Below, piece after piece: positions 46,539-55,463 of a stretch of 64,000 bases of DNA. Each line of letters opens with the position of its first letter. The first letter of the stretch is position 1. The notes under the pieces are model-generated. The model made no database searches. It was not told where the DNA came from and saw only the letters and a program-made list of their open reading frames with translations. A program made the translations under genes and the position numbers. Origin of the DNA: a virus; IMG/VR virus record IMGVR_UViG_3300050138_000176, positions 1 to 64,000 of that record; one strand, given 5' to 3'.

Positions 46539-48073
46539 GGTTTCTATCTTTGTTCAGCGGCATAGAAGCAGCGAGTGTAGCCTTCCTGCCGCTCGGTTGG
46601 GAATGCGTGGCCGTAGCAGAAATTGAAAAGTTTCCGTGCGCCGTGCTCAAGCACCATTATCCAGGAGTTAAGAACTTGGGCGATGTTACAAAGATAACCA
46701 AGGAACAAATCGAAGCACTGGGGCACATTGACGTGTGCATCTTTGGTTTTCCATGCACAGACTTATCGGTGGCCGGTCAACGAAAAGGATTAAAACATGC
46801 AGATGGAACTCTTACAAGAAGCGGACTGTTCTTCCCGGCGGCACGAATCGCGGACTGGAGCCGGGCCAGATGGACAGTCGCAGAAAATGTCCCTGGCCTG
46901 TTCAGCATCGATGAAGGACGCGCCTTTGCTACAGTGGTTGGAGAGCTGGCTGGGAACCGCGTTGACGTTCCAAGAGACGGCTGGCGAAATTCCGGTTGTG
47001 TGCTTGGGCCAAAAGGACTTATCGAGTTCACCGTCCTGGACGCGCAATTTTTTGGCCTTGCGCAGCGCCGGCAGCGTGTGTTCATTGTCAGAGATACTGG
47101 AAACTGGGCTGATAGACCGCCGCTTTTATTTGAGTCCAAAAGCCTGCTCTGGAATTATCCGCCGCGCCGGTCGCCGGGGCAAGGAGCTGTCGGCGGCGTT
47201 GCGCCGAGCATTGGAGCAAGTGGCCGGGGCACAGCCAGGGCCGGGGAGTCCAGAGGACAAGACTGCGTGATCCCCATCAACATGCAGGCTGCCGCGAAGA
47301 ACGGCGCCAAGTCGCCGAACGCGCTCGTTGTCGGGCAGCCTGGCGACCCGGCGCACACGGTGAACGCGAGTGACCAACATGCGGTCGCGGTGCCGGAAGC
47401 TAATGTTGTCGCGCACTCGCTGACCGGTGAAGGCTTCGATGCCAGTGAGGACGGCACAGGTCGCGGCACGCCGCTAATACCGGAGATTGCTGGCACCATG
47501 ATGTCGTGCAATGACAGCGGCGGATTTAGTAACAGCGCGGATCATGCGGCGGCAGGCTACATGGTGCCGGAACTGTCGCCGTCACTGCCCGCTGGCGGCA
47601 ACAAAACAGGCGGCGACCGGCCACCAGGAACCGACGTGGACACATCCACCTCATTGATACCAGAAATAGTCAGTCAAGCCATGTCAGCCAAGTGGAGCAA
47701 GGGGAGCAGCGGGCCGGCCGGCGACGAGGTCTGCAACCTGGTGCCGGTTTCCGGTGACGCGCCAGTTCAAGTGCAATGGGCCAGCGGCGGCGGCAAGACG
47801 GAGAATCCAACCATGCAGGCGTTGCGGTCTGGCGCGGAACACAGTTACCAATTTTTAAGAACGGGGATGGCGGTAAGAAGATTATTGCCGGTGGAATGTG
47901 AGCGCCTGATGGGCTTCCCTGACAGATATACAGAGATACCTTGGAACGGTAAACCAGCATCGGAGTGTCCTGACGGAAATCGATATAAAAGTTTGGGTAA
48001 CAGCATGGCGGTCCCAATTATTTCGTGGCTGGGGCAGCGAATCCAAATGGTGATTAACCTGCCTAAAAAATGA
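46535..48073 (+). CDS. C5 DNA cytosine methyltransferase (large subunit)
   Basis: SLFSGIE, GFPCTDLS, ENVPG, LDAQFFGLAQRRQRVF, ECERLMGFP, YKSLGNSMAV. Confidence 0.95.
   Translation: MRFLSLFSGIEAASVAFLPLGWECVAVAEIEKFPCAVLKHHYPGVKNLGDVTKITKEQIEALGHIDVCIFGFPCTDLSVAGQRKGLKHADGTLTRSGLFFPAARIADWSRARWTVAENVPGLFSIDEGRAFATVVGELAGNRVDVPRDGWRNSGCVLGPKGLIEFTVLDAQFFGLAQRRQRVFIVRDTGNWADRPPLLFESKSLLWNYPPRRSPGQGAVGGVAPSIGASGRGTARAGESRGQDCVIPINMQAAAKNGAKSPNALVVGQPGDPAHTVNASDQHAVAVPEANVVAHSLTGEGFDASEDGTGRGTPLIPEIAGTMMSCNDSGGFSNSADHAAAGYMVPELSPSLPAGGNKTGGDRPPGTDVDTSTSLIPEIVSQAMSAKWSKGSSGPAGDEVCNLVPVSGDAPVQVQWASGGGKTENPTMQALRSGAEHSYQFLRTGMAVRRLLPVECERLMGFPDRYTEIPWNGKPASECPDGNRYKSLGNSMAVPIISWLGQRIQMVINLPKK
46797..47270 (+). 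CDS. Overlapping alternative-frame ORF inside the C5 methyltransferase, putative small subunit
   Basis: 157-aa open frame ending in SLSEILETG..D.RFYLSPKACSGIIRRA.RRGKEL...L..AL; AAAGGA upstream of its ATG. Confidence 0.6.
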   Translation: MQMELLQEADCSSRRHESRTGAGPDGQSQKMSLACSASMKDAPLLQWLESWLGTALTFQETAGEIPVVCLGQKDLSSSPSWTRNFLALRSAGSVCSLSEILETGLIDRRFYLSPKACSGIIRRAGRRGKELSAALRRALEQVAGAQPGPGSPEDKTA

Positions 48074-48099
48074 AACCGCCTCCCATCACTGGAAGGCGG
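48065..48099 (-). terminator. Intrinsic terminator for the minus-strand gene pair
   Basis: Minus strand reads CCGCCTTCCA-GTGA-TGGGAGGCGG-TTTCATTTTTT. Confidence 0.75.
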
Positions 48100-48120
48100 C
48101 GTGCTGAACCGGGGCAGGTG

Positions 48121-48336
48121 CTAGGCAGCAGGAGCCGCCGGCGTGTTGGCCGTCACGGCGGCAGCCAATGCTGCGTCGCTGGCGTCCAGCTTGGCCGTCA
48201 GGGCCGCGAGGGCCACCGGGTCGGTGCCAGCGGCTTTAATGGCCGCAGACAGACCTTGGATCAGCGTGATCGCGGATTCTTCCACGGTGGTTGCGTTCGC
48301 GACCGATGCGGTCAATGCGTCGAGTTCTTGGGACAT
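48121..48336 (-). CDS. Small Ala-rich helical protein
   Basis: AAAGGA ribosome-binding site before MSQELDAL (a longer start at 48441 is possible); ends ...AVTANTP. Confidence 0.7.
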   Translation of the reverse strand: MSQELDALTASVANATTVEESAITLIQGLSAAIKAAGTDPVALAALTAKLDASDAALAAAVTANTPAAPAA

Positions 48337-48501
48337 GATGATTTCCTTTCTTTCCAGACGGCACAAGATGGATATAATCTCCCGGTGCCGCTGCTCCTGC
48401 CGCGCCTCGCTGGCGCGGAGGAATTGTTCAATGTCGTTCACGAAGCGAATTTAAAGGTGCCGCCGTCGCAGGTCAAGCCCGGACGGCGGCGCCGTGATGG
48501 A

Positions 48502-48963
48502 TTAGGCTTCAAGCCGGCGGAGTTCCGCCTTGTCTTCCTTGTTGGTCAGCTTGGCCTGTGCAACCGCGTCGGCTTCATTGGCCTTCGTCTTGGCTTCAGG
48601 CGACAGCGCGGCGTAGGCGCCGGGCTGGCGGCTCGCGTCGTAGCGTTCGGCCACGGTGCGGGTGTCGGCCACCGGGCGGTTGCCGTACGCGCCGAGCGTC
48701 GTGTTGACCCGCTTGCCGTGCTCATCGAAGTCCAGGTCATGCGGCGTGTTGGCGGTGAGCGCCGAGGCGACACGCGACTTGGAGGCGCGAAGGCTGGTGA
48801 ACAGGTCGTTCAGGTCCGCCTGCGTGGCCGGGTCGATGCGGCCGGACACGATGTTGTCCACTTCATTCTTGACCGCCGCGATGTAGGAGTCCACGGAGGC
48901 GCCGAGGTCGCGTTTGCACGAGGCGTCGGCCAGGATTTGATTTACCGTCTTTGGGGTGTTCAT
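48502..48963 (-). CDS. Helical protein, paralog of 48121..48336 with a C-terminal extension
   Basis: Shares DP.....L...L.AS...xA.AxTANTP; A-rich leader. Confidence 0.65.
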   Translation of the reverse strand: MNTPKTVNQILADASCKRDLGASVDSYIAAVKNEVDNIVSGRIDPATQADLNDLFTSLRASKSRVASALTANTPHDLDFDEHGKRVNTTLGAYGNRPVADTRTVAERYDASRQPGAYAALSPEAKTKANEADAVAQAKLTNKEDKAELRRLEA

Positions 48964-49093
48964 TGCTTTATCTTTCATTTGTTTGTTTTGCCTCCCGGCA
49001 CAACGACACGGCGTCATGCAGGGTCGGGCAGTGACTTTACAATGGATAACTTACCGTGTTCGGCGCAGTCGCGCTATAAGGTGAAAGCCTAAC

Positions 49094-49749
49094 ATGAAGC
49101 CCTACTACGATGACGGCAAAGGAATCCAGATTTACAATGGCGACTGCCGGGATATCCTGCCGCATGTGACCGGGGATTGCTTCCTGACTGACCCGTTCTA
49201 CGGCGTAAACGAGTCTGGTGGAAACGCCAACAGAGGCAAGGCCATGTATGCAGGAAACCATTTCCAAGACACGCCAGAGGAAGTGCAAACGATTGTAATT
49301 CCAGTGATAAAGCTGCTGGACTCACGCGGCATTCCCGGAGCGGTGACGCCTGGCAACAGATGTTTAACGCTATACCCCCCCCTCGTGATGTTGGATGTTT
49401 CTTCCAACCATCTGCGGTCGGTGTCGGGCCATGGGGATTTGTCACCGTGAACACAATCCTTTTCTACGGCAAGGAACCGCGTGCTGGCAAAGGAAGCAAG
49501 CCAACCGGCATCATGGTCACAGAGACCGCGCCTCGCGTCGGCCACCCGTGCGCCAAGCCGCCGATGGCTTGGAACTGGCTTCTGGATCGCGTATCGCTTG
49601 TCGGGTGGACTGTGATCGACCCGTTCCTCGGCAGCGGCAGCACGGCGCGGTCGTGCAAAGACCTTGGAAGAAAATGTATAGGAATTGAAATCGAGGAATC
49701 CTATTGTGAAATAGCTGCGTACCGCCTCCAGCAGGAGGTCTTGCTGTGA
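49094..49749 (+). pseudogene. Beta-class amino (N6/N4) DNA methyltransferase split by a frameshift at a C8 run
   Basis: Frame 1 has IYNGDCRDILP and LTDPFYG; frame 2 has HPCAKP, VIDPFLGSGST and GIEIEESYC. The frames switch at CCCCCCCC (49375-49382). Confidence 0.8.
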
Positions 49750-50966
49750 CCTCCGCCGCGCCGCTGCTTCCGCCGCCAGTCACCGGCTACGTGCTCCGCG
49801 ACTACCAGCGGCGGGCCTCGGACGCCGGTGTCAGGCACCTGGAATCAGGCACGGAAGGCGGCGGCATCTTGGTTGAACCAACCGGTTGCGGCAAAAGTTT
49901 AATTATCGCCGACATGGTAGCCAAGTTGCAGGAACCGACCATCGTGTTCCAGCCGAGCGCGGAGATACTGGAGCAGAACGTCGCCAAGTTCCAAAGCTAC
50001 GGCTACAGCCCGACCATCTACTCAGCATCGGCAGGCCGCAAGGAACTGGGCGAGGTTACATTCGCAACCATCGGCAGCGTGTTCAAGAAGCCGGAACTTT
50101 TCAGCCACATTAAAAATGTTATCGTTGACGAGTGCCACCTGACCGATGCCAAAAACGACACCGGCATGTTCACCACGTTCCTGAACTCGATGCCTGGCAC
50201 CCGGCTGCTGGGCCTCACCGCGACCCCGTACCGGCTCGCCACAGATGGCTACGGCGGCGCACAACTCAAGTTCCTGACCCGGACACGGCCAAGGATATTT
50301 GACACCGTGGTTGACGTAACGCAGAACGGAGACCTGTTCCGGGCCGGGCACCTGGCGCGGATCGAGTACAAGGAAGTGGCGACCGGGTTTGATGCCGGAC
50401 AACTGCGGCTGAACTCGACCGGGGCCGACTACACCGATGAATCCGTTCAGCGGCATTTCAAGACCCTTCATTTCAGCGACAAGATCGTGCGCTGCGTGAC
50501 CCGGCTGCACGAGCTAGGAAGGAAAGGCACTGTGGTGTTCACCCGGTTTGTCGAGGAAGCAACTTATGTGGCGTCCAAGATACCGGGCGCGGCGGTCGTG
50601 AGTTCCGGGACCAAGCGGCAGGAACGGCGGCGGATACTGGAGGCATTTAAGGCGGGAAAGATTACTGTTTTGGCAAATGTTGGAATCGTTTCAATAGGCT
50701 TCGACTATCCGGCACTGGCTAACGTGGTGCTGGCCGCCCCTACGATGTCCCTGGCCGCCTACTATCAGCGTGTCGGGCGCGTCGTGCGGCCGCACCCGGA
50801 CAAGGACTGCGCTTTCGTCGTGGACATGGTTGGATTGGTGAAACGGTTCGGCAAAGTAGAGGACTTGGTCGTCGAGGACGGCGGTAACGGCAAGTGGCAC
50901 GTCCGCACCGGAAAGCGGCACCTGACGAATGTGTACTTTGACAAGCAGGAATGGAGGCCGCAATGA
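49746..50966 (+). CDS. SF2 DEAD/DEAH helicase (RadD/YejH-like)
   Basis: LRDYQ, PTGCGKS, VDECH, GLTATP, GFDYP, YYQRVGR.VR. Confidence 0.95.
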   Translation: MTSAAPLLPPPVTGYVLRDYQRRASDAGVRHLESGTEGGGILVEPTGCGKSLIIADMVAKLQEPTIVFQPSAEILEQNVAKFQSYGYSPTIYSASAGRKELGEVTFATIGSVFKKPELFSHIKNVIVDECHLTDAKNDTGMFTTFLNSMPGTRLLGLTATPYRLATDGYGGAQLKFLTRTRPRIFDTVVDVTQNGDLFRAGHLARIEYKEVATGFDAGQLRLNSTGADYTDESVQRHFKTLHFSDKIVRCVTRLHELGRKGTVVFTRFVEEATYVASKIPGAAVVSSGTKRQERRRILEAFKAGKITVLANVGIVSIGFDYPALANVVLAAPTMSLAAYYQRVGRVVRPHPDKDCAFVVDMVGLVKRFGKVEDLVVEDGGNGKWHVRTGKRHLTNVYFDKQEWRPQ

Positions 50967-51658
50967 AGCGCACTGTCACGCTCCACGAAGCCACGCACAT
51001 CTACACGGACGACCTCGGTCGCCGCTACCAGAGCGTCGGCTCCCTGGTCAAGAGGTTTGTGCCGCCGTTCGACCCGGATGGAACCATCGTGGAACGGTAC
51101 GCGGCCAAGCACGGGCGCACCGTGGCGTCCGTGGCTGCTGACTGGAAGGAGGAAGGCCGTGTTGCCAATGCGTTCGGCCACTGCGTCCATCGAGCCATCC
51201 AGATGTGGGCGCAGACCGGGATCGAGAACGGTCAGGCGACCGCAGAAGTTCAATCGCTGGTCAAGGTGCTGCCGCACAAATGGACATATTTCTCCGAACG
51301 AATCCTATTCAACGAGAACGCTCTGCTCGCCGGCACCGCCGACCTGCTGGACTGGGACGCCGGCCGCCGCACCGTGGACATCTTCGACTTCAAAACGAAC
51401 AAGAAGCTCGTGAAGATCAACGACTGGGATCGTTACCTGCTGCCGCCGCTCGACCAGATGCCGGATAACAACTGGTCGCACTATTGCCTCCAGCTCAATC
51501 TCTACCGCTGGCTCCTGGAGCGGCGCGGCGTCACCGTGCCGAGCATGACCCTGCTGTGGCTGAACCGGGCCACAAGCCGCTGGGAACCGCACCTGGTGCC
51601 GCGACTGGAGCCGGAGACCGAGATGATGATTGCAACGCTGCGTAAAAATAATGCTTGA
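50963..51658 (+). CDS. PD-(D/E)XK exonuclease (Cas4-like phage family)
   Basis: G..VH, SE.ILF, AGTADLL, IFDFKT, Y.LQLNLY. Confidence 0.85.
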   Translation: MKRTVTLHEATHIYTDDLGRRYQSVGSLVKRFVPPFDPDGTIVERYAAKHGRTVASVAADWKEEGRVANAFGHCVHRAIQMWAQTGIENGQATAEVQSLVKVLPHKWTYFSERILFNENALLAGTADLLDWDAGRRTVDIFDFKTNKKLVKINDWDRYLLPPLDQMPDNNWSHYCLQLNLYRWLLERRGVTVPSMTLLWLNRATSRWEPHLVPRLEPETEMMIATLRKNNA

Positions 51659-51864
51659 ACCGGCGGCCGGCAGCCGGTAGCTTGGCGGCGTGGCTGATGC
51701 CATAGCCGAATGGAAAGCGGCTTGTCGAATTGTAAATTGTATGTTAAATTGTAACAATGACGCCCGTGCGGGCGGCTCGGAACTGGTCGGCAGAGTCGGC
51801 GCTTACATACCGCTTACTTTCCTTTCCAACTCCGGGACCGAGCCTCTCGCACGGGCGTTTTTAT
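51655..51864 (+). promoter_or_regulatory. Promoter and structured leader ahead of the replication genes
   Basis: TTGAAC-17-TAGCTT; three AATTGTA repeats; 21-bp inverted repeat (51760-51780 / 51838-51858) followed by TTTTATT. Confidence 0.6.
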
Positions 51865-51876
51865 TAAGGAGATAGA

Positions 51877-52431
51877 ATGATAAATAAAAACATCATGGAA
51901 ATTGCCAAATCACCAGTATGTTCAATTCTTATTGCAACCATGCATGATAACGGATGGTCATTAACCGACACACTCGACGCCTTGCAACATTGCCACAATA
52001 ACGTGGACGAATGTGCTATCGCTGCGTTCCAATTAAACGAGAATAAGCCAGGTCTGTGGCGCGGTCTTCATTTTCCATTATTCGTGCAAAAGCATATATC
52101 CATTCCAGAAGTGGTCGCGCAGGCAGTAAGACAAGACACAAAATATCTTACCATTGAACCAACTGCTAAAACGGCCAAACCCAGCCGTGAAGGGTTCATC
52201 TACCTCATGGCAAACTACCGCAATGGATACACTAAAATTGGCTGGTCGCTAAACCCAGTTGTGCGCGAAGCTACACTGCAAGCGGAGGACCCAGACATGA
52301 TTCTATTTCGCCAGTGGCGAGGCACAAAGGAGGATGAAAGAGACTTGCATGGATATTTTGGTGATAAACATAAACGAGGAGAATGGTTCTCTCTCGATTT
52401 TAATGACTTACAACGATTGGAGGCCGCATGA
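51877..52431 (+). CDS. GIY-YIG (T5orf172-like) domain protein
   Basis: GFIYLM...YTKIGWS.NP..R...LQ...E..LH..F..K..RGEWF. Confidence 0.85.
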   Translation: MINKNIMEIAKSPVCSILIATMHDNGWSLTDTLDALQHCHNNVDECAIAAFQLNENKPGLWRGLHFPLFVQKHISIPEVVAQAVRQDTKYLTIEPTAKTAKPSREGFIYLMANYRNGYTKIGWSLNPVVREATLQAEDPDMILFRQWRGTKEDERDLHGYFGDKHKRGEWFSLDFNDLQRLEAA

Positions 52432-53225
52432 GCGAGCAAACCATCTACGTCCAGAAGGAAAAGACAGACCCGTTCGCCAGGGTTCCGAAGGAGATGCTGG
52501 ACTGCAAAGAGATATCTTGGAAGGCGAAAGGCATCTTGAGCTACCTCCTAAGCAAGCCGAAAGACTGGAAGCTGCGCGTGTCGGATATCTGCAACCACGG
52601 GCCGGAAGGGTCAGCCGCCGTGCGGGCCGCGCTGGCGGAATTGCGCTCCATCGGCTACGCTGACCTGGAGCGAAAGCTAGAAAAAGGCAAGGTGGTGGAG
52701 TGGGTCTGGAAAGTGTGTGACAGCCCTATTTTCATTGATGAGCAGCCAGATGGTGATTTCCCACATCTGGCTAATTCAGATGTGGCTGAACCAGATCTGG
52801 AAAATCGCGACCATACTAAGACTAATAATACTAAGAAAGAGGTTACAAAGAAAGAAGGGAGCTGCGCTGCGCCTCCAGAGGTTGAGTATTGGAATGGAAA
52901 AGGTGTGCTGCCAAAGATTATCAAATGGGATGGATCGCGCTTCAAGAAGTTGCTATCCAGACGCAAGGATTCATTCTTCATGGAGAATTGGCAGGCCGCG
53001 ATTGATAGAATATGCCAATCGAAATTTTGCCTTGGACAAGTTAAGAGCGATAGGGATTGGGTGGCAGATTTTGATTGGTTCCTTAAATATGAATCATTCG
53101 TGAAAATTATGGAAGGCAGGTATGATGATAAGAAATCAAAACTCGACAACCATGGCCTCAATCTCGACTGGGGAAAGCCGATGCGCGACCCGGACCCGGC
53201 AGAGCGCAAGGAGGAATCGCAATGA
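52428..53225 (+). CDS. Phage replication initiator
   Basis: N-terminal wHTH (ISWKAKGILSYLLSKP.DW), linker carrying iterons, C-terminal W.ADFDWFL....F.KIMEG.YD; upstream of the loader gene. Confidence 0.85.
   Translation: MSEQTIYVQKEKTDPFARVPKEMLDCKEISWKAKGILSYLLSKPKDWKLRVSDICNHGPEGSAAVRAALAELRSIGYADLERKLEKGKVVEWVWKVCDSPIFIDEQPDGDFPHLANSDVAEPDLENRDHTKTNNTKKEVTKKEGSCAAPPEVEYWNGKGVLPKIIKWDGSRFKKLLSRRKDSFFMENWQAAIDRICQSKFCLGQVKSDRDWVADFDWFLKYESFVKIMEGRYDDKKSKLDNHGLNLDWGKPMRDPDPAERKEESQ
52746..52857. repeat. Putative replication origin: four iterons plus an A-rich tract
   Basis: CCAGATGGTG (52746), CCACATCTGG (52761), TCAGATGTGG (52776) and CCAGATCTGG (52791) at 15-bp period, then ATACTAAG twice in an A-rich stretch. 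Confidence 0.7.
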
Positions 53226-53893
53226 GTTCCGAGGTCTGCAAGGTATGCCAGTTCCGCTTCGAGGCGCCGGAGCCAGTGGAGTTCGCCGGGCGCAAGTTCG
53301 GGATGACAACCTGCCCGTCATGCCGGCAGGCGTCAATCGATGAGACGGCGGCCAAGGATGCCGCAGTCAAGCGGCAGCGGGCGGTGGAGGCGTGGGGCCG
53401 GCAATGCCCTGCCCTGTTCCAGGCAACCGACCCGGCGCGGCTCAATCAGAAGATGCTGGCGAAAGTCATGGCGTGGCAGTTCGGTCCGAAAGGATTGCTG
53501 GTGTCCGGGCCGAGTGACCGTGGCAAGACGCGGGCCATGTTCCTGCTGCTGCGGCGGCTGGCCGTGGACGAGTTGCGCGATGTCGTGGTGTTTCACGACA
53601 ATGAGTTCGCACACCAGTGCGCCAGGGCGTTCGGCGACCAGACCGGCGAGGCGTGGGTGGAGAAGATATGCAAGGCGTCGGTGGTGTTCTTTGACGACAT
53701 TGGGAAGTTCAAGCTGACCGAGCGCGTGGAGTCCGAGCTGTTCGGGATCGTGGCGTCGCGCACGGCGTGGATGCGACCGACGCTGTGGACGACGAATTTC
53801 AAAGGCGAGGAGCTTGCTTCCAAGCTGTCGCCGGATCGCGGTGTGCCGCTGGTGCGAAGGCTCAAGGAATTCTGCGAAGGAATAGAAGTATGA
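53222..53893 (+). CDS. DnaC/IstB-like helicase loader ATPase
   Basis: CxxC...CxxC, GPSDRGKT, FFDDIGK, PTLWTTN, RRLKE. Confidence 0.85.
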   Translation: MSSEVCKVCQFRFEAPEPVEFAGRKFGMTTCPSCRQASIDETAAKDAAVKRQRAVEAWGRQCPALFQATDPARLNQKMLAKVMAWQFGPKGLLVSGPSDRGKTRAMFLLLRRLAVDELRDVVVFHDNEFAHQCARAFGDQTGEAWVEKICKASVVFFDDIGKFKLTERVESELFGIVASRTAWMRPTLWTTNFKGEELASKLSPDRGVPLVRRLKEFCEGIEV

Positions 53894-54435
53894 GCTGCCA
53901 GCCCATCCACCTGGTCGCCAAGCCGCAGGTCGGCTCGTTCTACCTGGTGCCGTGCTACCTGCGCGCTGACCACGGCATCAATGCGTGGTGGCCGGTCGCC
54001 GGGCCGAGGCATGAGGATGCGGATATTGGATTCCGTGAGGAGCACTACCATCTCGACGCGAGGTTCATGTCTTCGGCAATGTGGGAGGCGATGTCAGTCC
54101 ATAGTGAACCTGTGATAAATGGGGAGCGATTCCGATTGTCACGAGTGACGATCAATGTGACGCCGGACATGATACAGCACCGCTGCATGAGGATGAACCG
54201 GCAGATGCCGGACTTCCCGGCAAGAATGACCGATGGTAAAATATCAGGTATCTGCACCACTCTGGAAAAGCAGTTCACCGACGTGCGCATGAAGTGCATG
54301 ACCTGTCCGCACCGTGGCATGCCGCTGACCGGGCTGCCGGTACGCCCTGACGGCACCGTGGTCTGCAACGGGCACGGCCTCAAGTGGCACCTGGCTACCG
54401 GCGTCATGGTGTCGCGCAAGGGGGACAGGGAGTGA
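53890..54435 (+). CDS. Protein with C-terminal Rieske-type [2Fe-2S] motif
   Basis: CPHRGMPL...VVCNGHGLKW...TG (CxH...CxxH). Confidence 0.7.
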   Translation: MSCQPIHLVAKPQVGSFYLVPCYLRADHGINAWWPVAGPRHEDADIGFREEHYHLDARFMSSAMWEAMSVHSEPVINGERFRLSRVTINVTPDMIQHRCMRMNRQMPDFPARMTDGKISGICTTLEKQFTDVRMKCMTCPHRGMPLTGLPVRPDGTVVCNGHGLKWHLATGVMVSRKGDRE

Positions 54436-55463
54436 GCGTCGAAATTATCCAAGGCGACTGCCGCGAGACGCTGAAGCTGCTGCCTGAATGCTCGGTGCAG
54501 TGTTGCGTGACGTCGCCGCCGTATTTTGGTTTGCGTCGATATCTAAAGCCTGGACACCCGGATGCTGTGAAGGAGATAGGACAGGAGGCTACGCCGGAAC
54601 TTTACGTGGCCGCGCTGGTGGACGTGTTCCGGGAAGTGCGGCGGGTGCTGAAGGATGATGGCACGCTCTGGCTTAACATCGGAGATTCTTATGCCGCCGG
54701 TAAGACTGGAAGAAGCGATGATGGAAGCGGTGATCCAACGAGCACTCTTGGACCGAAACGGGACGGCAATCCTGGCAATAGCGGGATGGGTCCGGTATCG
54801 CAACGTAAAGCACCGCCGGGCTACAAACCGAAAGACCTGATCGGCATCCCGTGGCTGGTCGCCTTCGCGCTGCGGGCAGACGGCTGGTGGCTGCGGCAGG
54901 ACATCATTTGGGCCAAGCCGAATCCGATGCCGGAGAGCGTGACCGACCGTTGCACCAAGGCGCATGAATATATTTTCCTGCTCACAAAATCGCCAACATA
55001 CTTTTACGATGCTGCCGCCATCTGTGAGCCTAGCAGTGGGTGGAATGGTTCATCGTTTACAGATGACAGAGATGTAAAAACAAAGCGCGGACTTGGATTA
55101 GGACCAAGAAACATAGATGGCAATATGAGTGCCAACGGCGTCGGAAGAACAACTGAAGGTTTAAATCTAAAAACCGCAGAGGAAAAAACAGGACCAACTC
55201 GCAACAAGCGCAGCGTCTGGACCGTCGCGACAAATCCATACTCCGAAGCGCACTTCGCCACGTTCCCGCCTGACTTGATCAAGCCGTGCGTGCTGGCCGG
55301 CAGCAGGCCCGGCGACACGGTAGGCGACCCGTTCGGTGGAAGCGGCACCACGGCGCTCGTCGCGACCGAGCTGGGGCGTAACGCGGTCATCTGCGAGCTG
55401 AACGAGGAATACATACCGATGGCTAAAGACAGAACCAACGTGACCGGAGGACTCGCGTTGTGA
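54432..55463 (+). CDS. Beta-class N4-cytosine/N6-adenine DNA methyltransferase
   Basis: GDC, VTSPPYF, IIWAKPN.MPES, HFATFP, DPFGGSGTT. Confidence 0.95.
   Translation: MSVEIIQGDCRETLKLLPECSVQCCVTSPPYFGLRRYLKPGHPDAVKEIGQEATPELYVAALVDVFREVRRVLKDDGTLWLNIGDSYAAGKTGRSDDGSGDPTSTLGPKRDGNPGNSGMGPVSQRKAPPGYKPKDLIGIPWLVAFALRADGWWLRQDIIWAKPNPMPESVTDRCTKAHEYIFLLTKSPTYFYDAAAICEPSSGWNGSSFTDDRDVKTKRGLGLGPRNIDGNMSANGVGRTTEGLNLKTAEEKTGPTRNKRSVWTVATNPYSEAHFATFPPDLIKPCVLAGSRPGDTVGDPFGGSGTTALVATELGRNAVICELNEEYIPMAKDRTNVTGGLAL

Noticed and set aside
50963-51658. Cas4 as part of the RAMP system
   Set aside because: It is 9 kb away, lacks the four-Cys Fe-S cluster pattern and sits with an SF2 helicase, so it is an ordinary phage exonuclease.
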